DNA from: Candidatus Levyibacteriota bacterium
GTDB lineage: Bacteria > Patescibacteriota > Microgenomatia > Levybacterales > UBA12049
DNA length: 64,000 bases
NCBI GenBank assembly: GCA_027334565.1
Contig: DAHWUP010000001.1
Coordinates: forward strand, 94,726-158,725
Direction of reading: 5' to 3'
In this document: positions 47,087 through 55,755 of the stretch, in pieces
Layout: every line of letters begins with the position of its first letter
Numbering within the stretch: the stretch's first letter is position 1
The notes under the pieces: generated by a model
Database searches by the model: none
Seen by the model: only the letters and a program-made list of their open reading frames with translations
What the model was told of the DNA's origin: nothing
Position numbers and translations under genes: made by a program

Positions 47087-48340
47087 CTATTTTTGCTTTT
47101 TTATGACACTTTTACCGATGATTTTTTGCAAAACTTTCGGGATCTCAACCGAGCCGTCCTGCTTTTGATAATTTTCCAAAATTGCTATTATCGGCCGGGT
47201 AGAAAATGCGGTTCCGTTTAAAATGTTTACATATTTTTTCTCGTTACCCTCCTGATATTTAATGTTCAGTCGTCTTGACTGAAAATCGGTGGTCGTTGAG
47301 GTTGAAGTAACTTCGCGGTATTTATTTTCCGAAGGAATCCATGCCTCCAGATCGTACTTCCTTGCCGCCGGAAAACCCAGATCGCCACTGCACATTTTTA
47401 CAACTTGATATGGAATTTCTAAAGCTTGCAACAATTTTTCTTCCACAGACAATAAATATTCGTGTTCCTTGTCGTCATCTCCTTCTTTGACAAATGAAAC
47501 CATTTCGATTTTATCGAATTGGTGAGCTCTTAGAATTCCCCGCGTATCTTTTCCGTAACTTCCCGCTTCCCTTCGAAAACAGGTAGAAAATCCGACATAT
47601 CTTTTCGGCAGTTCGTCATGTTTAAAAATTTCGTCTTTATGCATCGACACAATCGACTGTTCGCTAGTTCCTACCAACACCAGTTCATCCTTATCCAAAA
47701 TATACATATCCTCGTCTCCGCCGTTTTCCATATAACCCAAACCCTTCATCACTTCGGTCTTGATCAAAACCGGCGGAACGACCGGTACGAAACCTTCTTT
47801 GATAAGAAAATCGAAGGCAAGTTGCCTTAACGCAAATTCCAAAATTGCGGCATCATTTTTTAAAAAATAAAATCTCGCTCCGGAAATCTTTGACGCTCTT
47901 TCAACATCGATAATGTCCAAATTTTCACCAAGGGTCAGATGGTCTTTCGGTGTAAACGGAAATTTGGTCGGCGTCCCGATCTTTCGCAACACTTCGTTCT
48001 CCGTATCGTTTAATCCCACTCTTACGTCTTTTTTGGCAGGATTAGGAATTTTTATAAGTAAAGTTTGCAGTTCCTGACTTAAACTTTCAGCGGATTTTTC
48101 CTGTTTTTCCAATTTTTCCTTTATTTCTTTGCCCCTTTTTATCTGAGATTCGGACGGTTTTCCCTTGAGGTTGTGTGCAAGCGAATTTCTTTCCTCCCTG
48201 AGCTTTTGGATCATAAAATCCAGACCGCGCAGCTTGCTGTCGATTTCCAAAATTTGTTTAACGCTGACATTTACGCCTTTATCTTTCGCGCTTCTTTCAA
48301 TCTTTTCCGGATTTTGCCTTAGAACTTTGATATCAAGCAT
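47087..48340 (-). CDS. serS: Seryl-tRNA synthetase
   Basis: MLDIK, GTSE, CFRREAGSYGKDTRGILRAHQF, NGTA. Confidence 0.97.
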   Translation of the reverse strand: MLDIKVLRQNPEKIERSAKDKGVNVSVKQILEIDSKLRGLDFMIQKLREERNSLAHNLKGKPSESQIKRGKEIKEKLEKQEKSAESLSQELQTLLIKIPNPAKKDVRVGLNDTENEVLRKIGTPTKFPFTPKDHLTLGENLDIIDVERASKISGARFYFLKNDAAILEFALRQLAFDFLIKEGFVPVVPPVLIKTEVMKGLGYMENGGDEDMYILDKDELVLVGTSEQSIVSMHKDEIFKHDELPKRYVGFSTCFRREAGSYGKDTRGILRAHQFDKIEMVSFVKEGDDDKEHEYLLSVEEKLLQALEIPYQVVKMCSGDLGFPAARKYDLEAWIPSENKYREVTSTSTTTDFQSRRLNIKYQEGNEKKYVNILNGTAFSTRPIIAILENYQKQDGSVEIPKVLQKIIGKSVIKKQK

Positions 48341-48372
48341 AAATAAACTACGGATTATGAATTCCGCTTAAA

Positions 48373-48951
48373 TTATATAACTTTTTTATTTTTTTGACCA
48401 TTTAAAAATTGCTTAAATTTATCAAAAGCCTTTCGCCTGTGGGAAACTGCATTTTTTTCTTCAAAAGTCATCTCCCCGTAAGTTTTATCAAAACCGTTAG
48501 GAATGAACACGGAGTCCCACCCATAACCAAAATTGTTGCCCGCTCTCAACGTATCGGAAATTGTTCCTCTGACCTCTCCGAAAAAACAATGGATATCTTT
48601 TCCGTCATGATAAGCGATCGCCAGTTTCGCGGTTGCGCTTCGTTGTTTTTCTCCCGCGAGCATTTTTAAGAGAAGTCTGGCGCTTTTTTCTTTTCCGGCT
48701 TTTAACATCCATTTGATCAACGGACCGGGGAAATTATTCCAGGCGTCGATATACAATCCGACATCATCTACGAATACCGGCGAATTGATCTTATTGTATG
48801 CTTCCAAAACCTTATGTGTGGCAACTTTCTCAAGATCCAACTCCTGGATCTCTTCAAGATCGATATCAACTATTTTTATCGGGAAATCCATAATTTTTTG
48901 TACATCGCTTGCTTTTGCTTTATTTCCCGTGATAAATGTCAAAACTTTCAT
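48373..48951 (-). CDS. rdgB: Non-canonical purine NTP pyrophosphatase (ITPase/HAM1)
   Basis: TGNKAK, LEEIQ, DDVGL, FPGPLIK, YGWDSVF, SHR. Confidence 0.92.
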   Translation of the reverse strand: MKVLTFITGNKAKASDVQKIMDFPIKIVDIDLEEIQELDLEKVATHKVLEAYNKINSPVFVDDVGLYIDAWNNFPGPLIKWMLKAGKEKSARLLLKMLAGEKQRSATAKLAIAYHDGKDIHCFFGEVRGTISDTLRAGNNFGYGWDSVFIPNGFDKTYGEMTFEEKNAVSHRRKAFDKFKQFLNGQKNKKVI

Positions 48952-48965
48952 ACCCTTAATAGCAC

Positions 48966-48994
48966 TTGAACTTTAACACATTCGGTACTATTAT
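48966..48994 (+). promoter_or_regulatory. Promoter TTGAAC-N17-TATTAT, 9 nt before ATG 49004
   Basis: Spacing and position. Confidence 0.55.
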
Positions 48995-49003
48995 TAAAGC
49001 CTC

Positions 49004-49474
49004 ATGAATGCGGAAAAACCACATATCGACAGCGGAAGAGGTCCATCCGACCTACAACAAAGGTTGGACGGAATTGCCACTTTGGCAACTCTTGAAAGAG
49101 AAGGTCACCATGCCGATAAATTACTTAAAAAACTGGATCCCACAAGACGTAATCGTATCGCAAGAGCCGTTGAAAAATTGCACGGAGAACTTCTCGCCAA
49201 AAAAAATACAGGCTTTCAAACATCTTTAGCCGATGAGACGGCGGAAATGCATGAGGTCGAAACAAAAGACCACCGGCCCCACGAAACTATTAACACTCTA
49301 AGAGCCGAAGCCAGAAGAACTTTATCCGCCGGACTACGACACGCGCGTCAAAGAGCGGCACAAAGTTTACCGGAAATTACGGTTTTTACGATAAATGATC
49401 CGCGGGTAAACGAGGTACGGAAGAAAGCGTCCGGAGTCGTACAAAAAATTAGAACCGGTATCAAACGGCATTAA
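49004..49474 (+). CDS. Hypothetical basic helical orphan protein
   Basis: 156-aa ORF filling the rdgB-lysS gap, with a promoter. Confidence 0.65.
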   Translation: MNAEKPHIDSGRGPSDLQQRLDGIATLATLEREGHHADKLLKKLDPTRRNRIARAVEKLHGELLAKKNTGFQTSLADETAEMHEVETKDHRPHETINTLRAEARRTLSAGLRHARQRAAQSLPEITVFTINDPRVNEVRKKASGVVQKIRTGIKRH

Positions 49475-50984
49475 ACCTCTCTTTAACGAATTTTCTATCC
49501 AATGATAAAATAAGCCAGGCGGCTTTCGGTCCGTGATTTTTGCCCAGTAATGATAAATAAATTGCGGCGAATGTATCATTTCCGCTTAATTCCAGTTCCT
49601 TGCCCAAGTCGTAAATTCTGGTTTGAAACTCTTCCGCAACCCATTTTTTATTAAGCTCCGCAGCGATTTTATATAGAAGTTTTTTTTGTGCAGCTGAAAG
49701 TTTTTTTGTCGTTTCTGGTAAATCTTTTTGTATACTGAATTTATCTTTTTCCGGCGCGAACCGTTCCACCCAAACCCTTGCGTAACCTGCCCAGTCGGTA
49801 AGTCCGTTTTTAATAATTTCCTCTTCCATATTGGGCATCTGTACCCATTGCGCCAGAACCGAAAACCGGACATACGGAGGTTTTTCCGCCTTACCCACTT
49901 GTGACAGCTCGAAAATTCTTGCCTGATCCTTATCGCCATGATTAAAATAAGCCTGCGCGCATCTTTGGTAATCGTCAAATAAAGCCGGTATTGTCTGAGG
50001 ATCGGAAGGATCGAAATTTATCTGTTGATTAACTTTAATCCTTACCATTAAAAATCTGTTAAGTTGTGGCGGAAGAATCTGAAGCATTTCTTTTGCGCTT
50101 GTCCCGACCCCTCTTGACGACGACATTTTCTTTCCCCCGACCAGAAGCCACTCATAAGTAATCGGATAGGGGACGGGATAATCAATGACATTCTCGCAGA
50201 TCAATTTGGCGAAATCGTGTGATCCTCCCGAAGACATATGATCTTTACCGGCCCCCTCAACGGTGATTCCGATGGCCTTCCACTTGGCGGGCCATTCAAC
50301 TTTCCAGGGTAGTTTTCCCGTCATTCCCTCTTTACTGCTAAAAGGCGAAGCTTCCCCTTTGCTTCCACAACCTTTTGTCCATTTTACTTTATCGACCTGA
50401 CATTCATAAGCGACCTTTTCCCCATCCCAATCGGTAACAATGGTCGTTGACACTTTTCCGCAATTTGGACAGTAAAGCTGGAACGGATACCAATTTTTCG
50501 GCAGATCTTTATCGTACAGAGTTTTATAAACCTGTCTGACCTTATCCGCTTTATCCAGAACTTCTTTTATTATCGGGTTCATTTTGCCGCCGGTGTATAA
50601 ATCTTTGGTCCAGATGATTTCCGGTTCGCAACCCATCGCATTGAAAACATTTTTAAATTCCAACGCATGATAAGACGCAAAATCCGAGAAACCCGGTTCG
50701 GGAGATGGAATTTTAAACAGAGGCATCCCTAAATATTTCTCGTACTTTCCACGCGGCAGATACGAAGGGATGTCGTCCATCGGGTCATGATTTTCGAAAA
50801 CATAGGTAAACTTTGCATTGGCACCTTTATTTTTCAAGGCTTTGAACACCAGATCGTGTACCACGACTCCGCGAAGTGCGCCGACGTGTACTCTGCCGCT
50901 TGGGGTCTTCATATCATCCACCCAATACGGTATATATCTTTTTGACTTTAAAATTTCGTCGGCAACCTGATCGGCCCAAAACAT
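49461..50984 (-). CDS. lysS: Class I lysyl-tRNA synthetase (LysK type)
   Basis: MFWAD, TPSGRVHVGA (HIGH), CPNCG, KLPWKVEWPAKW, GKDH, KMSSS, GPK. Confidence 0.95.
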   Translation of the reverse strand: MFWADQVADEILKSKRYIPYWVDDMKTPSGRVHVGALRGVVVHDLVFKALKNKGANAKFTYVFENHDPMDDIPSYLPRGKYEKYLGMPLFKIPSPEPGFSDFASYHALEFKNVFNAMGCEPEIIWTKDLYTGGKMNPIIKEVLDKADKVRQVYKTLYDKDLPKNWYPFQLYCPNCGKVSTTIVTDWDGEKVAYECQVDKVKWTKGCGSKGEASPFSSKEGMTGKLPWKVEWPAKWKAIGITVEGAGKDHMSSGGSHDFAKLICENVIDYPVPYPITYEWLLVGGKKMSSSRGVGTSAKEMLQILPPQLNRFLMVRIKVNQQINFDPSDPQTIPALFDDYQRCAQAYFNHGDKDQARIFELSQVGKAEKPPYVRFSVLAQWVQMPNMEEEIIKNGLTDWAGYARVWVERFAPEKDKFSIQKDLPETTKKLSAAQKKLLYKIAAELNKKWVAEEFQTRIYDLGKELELSGNDTFAAIYLSLLGKNHGPKAAWLILSLDRKFVKERFNAV

Positions 50985-51034
50985 AATACCCCTATTCTAC
51001 AGAATAAAGTTTAAATATAAAAGTCTTTCTGTTT

Positions 51035-51265
51035 CTACGGTTGATTGCTTTGACTTCTTCTTCGGGTTATTTCTTCATCGATCAGCCTACCGGCTTCAAT
51101 TATTGCTGGCGTCGGAGTAAAAGATCTTCCCCCGCCGTAAACCTCATCGACTCTTCCTTCTTTGTCCAACCGAAGCCATTGTTCAAATATCGCCATCGCC
51201 TCATTCGAAGGCTGACTTAAATCCTCAACGCGCAAACTTGCGCCTAATTTATAGACTTCCGTCAT
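51035..51265 (-). CDS. Small hypothetical protein
   Basis: 76 aa; perfect SD AAGGAGGTGA. Confidence 0.75.
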   Translation of the reverse strand: MTEVYKLGASLRVEDLSQPSNEAMAIFEQWLRLDKEGRVDEVYGGGRSFTPTPAIIEAGRLIDEEITRRRSQSNQP

Positions 51266-51293
51266 AAATCTTCACCTCCTTTTAAAAAATCGT

Positions 51294-51710
51294 TTACCTT
51301 CTCCCTGTTCTTAAACCCCGTTCATAACCCATACCTCTTAAGATCTCCATCGCTTTTCCGTCTTCGTCCGCTTTGCAAATCACCAATAGGGTTGGTATGT
51401 CGTTTTCCGGAGAAAAGAAAGCACGAACTCTTCTGGACGGGCTTGAGTCCGAAGTTTGTACCCCGAATACGGGAGCTCTGTCGCCATCCGTGTGTCTGAT
51501 AATTTGTGCCTGACTGACCGAACCTGTTTGTAAGAGCTCACGGGCTTTTTGATGGAACAATCTAATTGCTCTTTCCGAATCGCCGTTCAATCTTTGTGCA
51601 AGTCTTGCAGCTGCCGGATTTCTTTCGATACCGATTTCCACACGGTGTGCTGCCACACCCGATTCAATTGTTTGAATATCCGAAACTTGCCTTCCCAATC
51701 TTCCTTCCAT
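51294..51710 (-). CDS. Hypothetical protein, possible RelE/BECR-like fold (start moved to ATG 51710)
   Basis: SD AGAAAGGGG 8 nt upstream; helices followed by VFGV...RVRAFF...LLVICK and a terminal helix. Confidence 0.65.
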   Translation of the reverse strand: MEGRLGRQVSDIQTIESGVAAHRVEIGIERNPAAARLAQRLNGDSERAIRLFHQKARELLQTGSVSQAQIIRHTDGDRAPVFGVQTSDSSPSRRVRAFFSPENDIPTLLVICKADEDGKAMEILRGMGYERGLRTGRR

Positions 51711-51753
51711 TTTTAGCACCCCCTTTCTGATTTATCATTGTCATTTTTCCACT

Positions 51754-51777
51754 AAAAAACCCCTCGATTTCGAGGGG
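51754..51777 (-). terminator. Attenuator terminator (3:4 hairpin)
   Basis: CCCCTCG-AAAT-CGAGGGG-TTTTTT located in the 5' leader of the 51710 gene. Confidence 0.85.
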
Positions 51778-51822
51778 CCGCCTTGTTTAAAATTATCGAT
51801 CTACGCCAAGACAAACCCCCCT

Positions 51823-51870
51823 TTAGGAGAAGTTCTTCTTGGAATACTTTGCAAATCGATTATCAAACAT
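51823..51870 (-). CDS. 15-aa leader peptide MFDNRFAKYSKKNFS
   Basis: ATG 10 nt after TATAAT; stop codon lies in the loop of the 1:2 hairpin. Confidence 0.7.
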   Translation of the reverse strand: MFDNRFAKYSKKNFS

Positions 51871-51880
51871 GATGTAAAAC

Positions 51881-51909
51881 ATTATACCAGTGTCAAAAAA
51901 ATTATTCAA
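51881..51909 (-). promoter_or_regulatory. Promoter TTGAAT-N17-TATAAT driving the attenuated leader
   Basis: Perfect -10 preceded by TGG (extended -10). Confidence 0.75.
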
Positions 51910-52882
51910 GAACAAATTGTGAAGCTATATTATGTGCTTTCTCTTTTACGTCTTCGCCAACCACCACTTTAACCATCCCGGAGTTTGGTTGACCGTAATA
52001 TACGGTAAAGCCTAACGGTGAAAGAAGCAATACGGGCAGGACGGCCAAATCCTCCTCCCCGTCGATCACGATAGTTTTTTTACCCTTTTTTAGAATAGCC
52101 TGTTTTATGGCCTCAAACAACTCCCAGGTTATTGTACCGGGAGGATTTTTGACCTTTAAAACCTCTTCTTTGTTAAAACCCAGTTCGGAAACGTCGGTAT
52201 ATCTTTTCTCTCTTCGGATTTTAAAATCGATAATCGAAACGAATTGACCGACCCGATGCTTATTGAATTCAAAAGACGTGTGGTCGCCGACCACTATTGT
52301 TTTTTCCGGTTCCAAATCCTGCGGAATATCTTTATATATTTCTCCCCACGGATTTTGGAATTCCATCCTTAGACTTTCCGGCAATACAAGTTTTTTATTA
52401 ATCCATGTAGGGCTTACGTACAGTCTCCCGTTCCTGTCTATTTCGCCGTTTCTAATTCTGGTTGAAGATATTATTCCTCCGTCCTCGGCTTCAACCAAAG
52501 GAGAGATCACGATTTCAAGTTCGGTAAGATTATTCTGCCTTCGCACGTCGTTTATTTCCATAGCCGTTTCTCTGGTATGAGGCGTCACCAATATCACGTC
52601 ATAATCGGCCGAAACCGTCAGATATGGCTCATACGGGTTGTCTATGGATACTATTTCCACCTTGGCTTCCGTTCCCGAAGATTCCAAATATTCCTCTACA
52701 TATTTTTTTCTGGTATTAAAATCCTGAATTCCGTTATTTTTGAAGTTTCGTACGTATTCATCGCTGGTAATTCCCAAAAGGATGTTATCCGAGAGATCCA
52801 AAGCCTTATTCAATAAAGTTTTATGTCCCAAGTGAAACAAGTCGAATGTACCGCCGAAAACCAGATGTTTAAACTTCCCCAT
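51902..52882 (-). CDS. coaD: Archaeal-type phosphopantetheine adenylyltransferase fused to DUF359 (GTP-dependent dephospho-CoA kinase family)
   Basis: GGTFDLFHLGH, ISSTRIRNGEID; then LRMEFQNPWG, VGD, NPPGTIT, DGEEDLAVLP, YGQP. Confidence 0.88.
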   Translation of the reverse strand: MGKFKHLVFGGTFDLFHLGHKTLLNKALDLSDNILLGITSDEYVRNFKNNGIQDFNTRKKYVEEYLESSGTEAKVEIVSIDNPYEPYLTVSADYDVILVTPHTRETAMEINDVRRQNNLTELEIVISPLVEAEDGGIISSTRIRNGEIDRNGRLYVSPTWINKKLVLPESLRMEFQNPWGEIYKDIPQDLEPEKTIVVGDHTSFEFNKHRVGQFVSIIDFKIRREKRYTDVSELGFNKEEVLKVKNPPGTITWELFEAIKQAILKKGKKTIVIDGEEDLAVLPVLLLSPLGFTVYYGQPNSGMVKVVVGEDVKEKAHNIASQFVLE

Positions 52883-52891
52883 AAGTGGATT

Positions 52892-54088
52892 TTATAGCAC
52901 TTTTAGTTCTTTTGCTACCCCCGCGAAGGCCTTTAATCCCAAATCCAGATCTTGTTTAGAATGCGAAGCCGATGGAATCACCCTGATCCTCGCCTTTCCT
53001 TTTTGAACCATCGGAAAAACGATCGGAGTGGCAAATACATTATTCTTGAAAAGTCTGGCGGAAAATTCGCTTGCCAGTTTTTCGTCTCCCAACATCACCG
53101 GTGTGATCGGCGACTGCGAATTCCCGATATCAAAACCCAATTTCTTAAATTCCGTGCGAAGATATTCAACGTTACGCCAAAGTTTTCTTACCGGTGCATC
53201 GGAGTGAAGTAATATTTTTATCGCCTCTAAAGAGGCCGCGGTATCGGGAATTGACAATGCTATGGAAAACAATCTTGGTCTTGCTCTCAATTTAAAATAA
53301 TCAATTAAAGTTTTTCTGCCGGCGATATAACCGCCCATTGAGGAAAAAGCCTTGGATAAGCTGCCTACTTCGATGTCGATTTGCCCTGCTAAACCGAAAT
53401 GGTCGACAATCCCTCTTCCGCCTTTTCCTAAAACTCCTTCACCGTGCGCGTCGTCAACCATCATCAGCGTTTTGTATTTTCTCGCAAGTCGGACTATTTG
53501 GGGCAACGGCGCCAAATCTCCGTCCATGGAAAATACTCCGTCCGTAACAATTAAGATAACCGGCATTCCCCCATCGGACCTTGGTTTTTTGGCGATTTTT
53601 ACAGCCTGCTTAAGCTTAACTTCCAAATCTTTTACGTCACCGTGTTTATAGATGAATTTGTTGGAAACTTGAGAAAGGCGGATCGCATCGATTATCGAAG
53701 CATGGTTCAATTCGTCGGAAATAACAATATCTTCCTTACCTAATATCGTTTGGATAGCCGAACAGTTCGCCAGGTATGCGCTTGAAAAAACCACTGCCCC
53801 GTCGGTCTTTTTAAATTTGGCGATCGCTTTTTCGAGCTCAAGATGGATGGCATGCGTACCGGCCAAGGTCCTGTATCCCGTACCGATTCCGTACTTTTTC
53901 ACCGCTTCGATTGTTGCACGCCTGATCCTTTTATCTTCGGTTAAACCCAAATAATGACTTGAACAAAAGTTCAAACGCTTCACTCCGTCGATCGTCAGAT
54001 ATGGTCCTTGCCCCGAATCGATCACTCTGGGAGAAGTAGCCGATGACACAATTTTTTCCAGCTGTTTATAAAAGGCATTTAAATTCAT
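52892..54088 (-). CDS. kbl: Glycine C-acetyltransferase (2-amino-3-ketobutyrate CoA ligase)
   Basis: SDELNHASIID, DGVFSMDGD, DDAHG, SLSKA; coupled to tdh. Confidence 0.85.
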   Translation of the reverse strand: MNLNAFYKQLEKIVSSATSPRVIDSGQGPYLTIDGVKRLNFCSSHYLGLTEDKRIRRATIEAVKKYGIGTGYRTLAGTHAIHLELEKAIAKFKKTDGAVVFSSAYLANCSAIQTILGKEDIVISDELNHASIIDAIRLSQVSNKFIYKHGDVKDLEVKLKQAVKIAKKPRSDGGMPVILIVTDGVFSMDGDLAPLPQIVRLARKYKTLMMVDDAHGEGVLGKGGRGIVDHFGLAGQIDIEVGSLSKAFSSMGGYIAGRKTLIDYFKLRARPRLFSIALSIPDTAASLEAIKILLHSDAPVRKLWRNVEYLRTEFKKLGFDIGNSQSPITPVMLGDEKLASEFSARLFKNNVFATPIVFPMVQKGKARIRVIPSASHSKQDLDLGLKAFAGVAKELKVL

Positions 54089-55101
54089 GGTACCAGCAAT
54101 ATCTTACCGCATTCCCCCGATTTCATCACTTGCATCGCTTTTTCAAAATCTTTTAGCTTAAACTTATGCGTAATCATTTTTGTTAAATCGACCTTACCAG
54201 ACGTTAACAACTTACTTACCTCAAACCAGGTATCCCAAATTTTTCTTCCGAAAACTCCTTTTACCGTCAATTCTTTATCGATAAAATATTTTCCCAGATC
54301 CAAAGCGACTTCCTGTTTAGGAATTCCGAAAACAATCATTGTTCCGGCTATGCGCACCGCTTCAAGGGCGGTTTGAATTGCGTTTTCATTTCCCGACATT
54401 TCCAATACAACATCCACTTTATTGCTATATTTTCCGGGTAATTCTGCGAATACTTCGTCAGCGCCCATTTTTCGACCCAATTTTCTTCGATATTCACCGC
54501 GGTTTAAAGCGATTACTTTTTTTGCCCCATAGGCTTTGGCAACCGCAACCGCACAAAGACCGGTCGGACCAAGCCCTGTGACTAGTACAGATTTTCCTTT
54601 TACATCCGCTGTTTTAACCACATGCACCGCATTACCCAAAGGTTCCTGCGAACTCATCGCCTCAAGCGGTATCCTTTTATCGTTTTTCCAGGTCGTACGT
54701 ATCGGTATGGTCGCGTATTCCGCAAACCCGCCGTTTCTGCCAATACCGAAAAGTTGCATGTTCTCGCAGATGTGTTTATTTCCAATTTTACATTGTTGAC
54801 ATTTGCCGCAATAGATATGGGTTTCCGATGATACCAGATCGCCTACTTTGATTTTATTCGGATTTTGACCATTGATCTTAACTACTTCGCCGACGATCTC
54901 GTGCCCTACGACGATCGGAGGTTCAATATGCAATTTTGCCCATGAATTCCAGTCATAGATATTAATGTCGGTCCCACAAATAGATGCCAGTTTTACTTTA
55001 ACCAAAAGTTCGCCTTTTGCCGGTTCGGGAATTGGAATTTCTTTAACACTGATGCCCTTTTGGGGATTCGACTTAACTATCGCAAGCATTCTGTTTGACA
55101 T
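54085..55101 (-). CDS. tdh: L-threonine 3-dehydrogenase
   Basis: ICGTD, GHE, SETHIYCGKCQQC, EPLGNAVH, LEMSG, GRKIWDTW. Confidence 0.9.
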   Translation of the reverse strand: MSNRMLAIVKSNPQKGISVKEIPIPEPAKGELLVKVKLASICGTDINIYDWNSWAKLHIEPPIVVGHEIVGEVVKINGQNPNKIKVGDLVSSETHIYCGKCQQCKIGNKHICENMQLFGIGRNGGFAEYATIPIRTTWKNDKRIPLEAMSSQEPLGNAVHVVKTADVKGKSVLVTGLGPTGLCAVAVAKAYGAKKVIALNRGEYRRKLGRKMGADEVFAELPGKYSNKVDVVLEMSGNENAIQTALEAVRIAGTMIVFGIPKQEVALDLGKYFIDKELTVKGVFGRKIWDTWFEVSKLLTSGKVDLTKMITHKFKLKDFEKAMQVMKSGECGKILLVP

Positions 55102-55131
55102 AAAATGGTGGTTGAAATCTTTGGAACAATT

Positions 55132-55602
55132 TTAATTCAAGGAAGCAATCGTATACACCACTGTGCCGGCAGGTGCTTCCACTTCAACTTTTTCTCCAAC
55201 CTTTTTACCTATTAACGCTTTTCCAAGCGGGGACTCATGGGAAATTTTCTTTTCATGGGGATCTGCCTCCCATTCACCTACAACTTTAAATACCTCTTTC
55301 TTACCCTTGATAGAAACCGTAACGGTAGATCCCAGTTTTACGACGTCTCCGCTTCTGGTATGCGAATCCTGGATCAGGACCGCTTGCTTAATCAGTTCTT
55401 CAAGCTCCTCGATTCTGCCGTCTATGAAAGACAGTTCTTCTCTGGCCGCAACATATTCGGCATTCTCGGACAAATCTCCCATGCTCCTTGCCTGCGATAC
55501 TCTTTCCAAAACCTCGGGTCTTTTGGCTTTGGTAAGCTCTTCGTGTTCTGACCTTAGCTCCTCCAAGCCTATTTTTGTTAGATAAATCTTTTTTGAATCC
55601 AT
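55132..55602 (-). CDS. greA: Transcription elongation factor GreA
   Basis: ARSMGDLSENAEY, ISHESPLGKAL. Confidence 0.97.
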   Translation of the reverse strand: MDSKKIYLTKIGLEELRSEHEELTKAKRPEVLERVSQARSMGDLSENAEYVAAREELSFIDGRIEELEELIKQAVLIQDSHTRSGDVVKLGSTVTVSIKGKKEVFKVVGEWEADPHEKKISHESPLGKALIGKKVGEKVEVEAPAGTVVYTIASLN

Positions 55603-55615
55603 ATGTTAGCTTTTT

Positions 55616-55704
55616 AAAATAAAATTCCCCATAGCTAAGACTAGAGGGAATGATTGATAAATTCTACGTCTAAGCATGATATAGTATATAAAAAATTTTG
55701 TCAA
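55616..55704 (-). promoter_or_regulatory. greA promoter (TTGACA-N17-TATCAT) with a terminator-like hairpin in the leader
   Basis: ATTCCCTCTAG-N6-CTATGGGGAAT-TTTATTTT at 55651-55616, between the promoter and the ATG. Confidence 0.65.
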
Positions 55705-55755
55705 TGACCTCTAGTACTGTTTCATTTATGTTATGACTTGTACTTGGGGATGTGT

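Noticed and set aside
49008-49229. Alternative-frame 73-aa ORF inside the 156-aa orphan
   Set aside because: Nested in the longer ORF, whose ATG matches the promoter spacing; no independent support
55606-55677. 23-aa uORF MLRRRIYQSFPLVLAMGNFILKS before greA
   Set aside because: Its ATG overlaps the best -10 box (TATCAT), so it would not be in that transcript; kept only as an alternative if the TSS is further upstream
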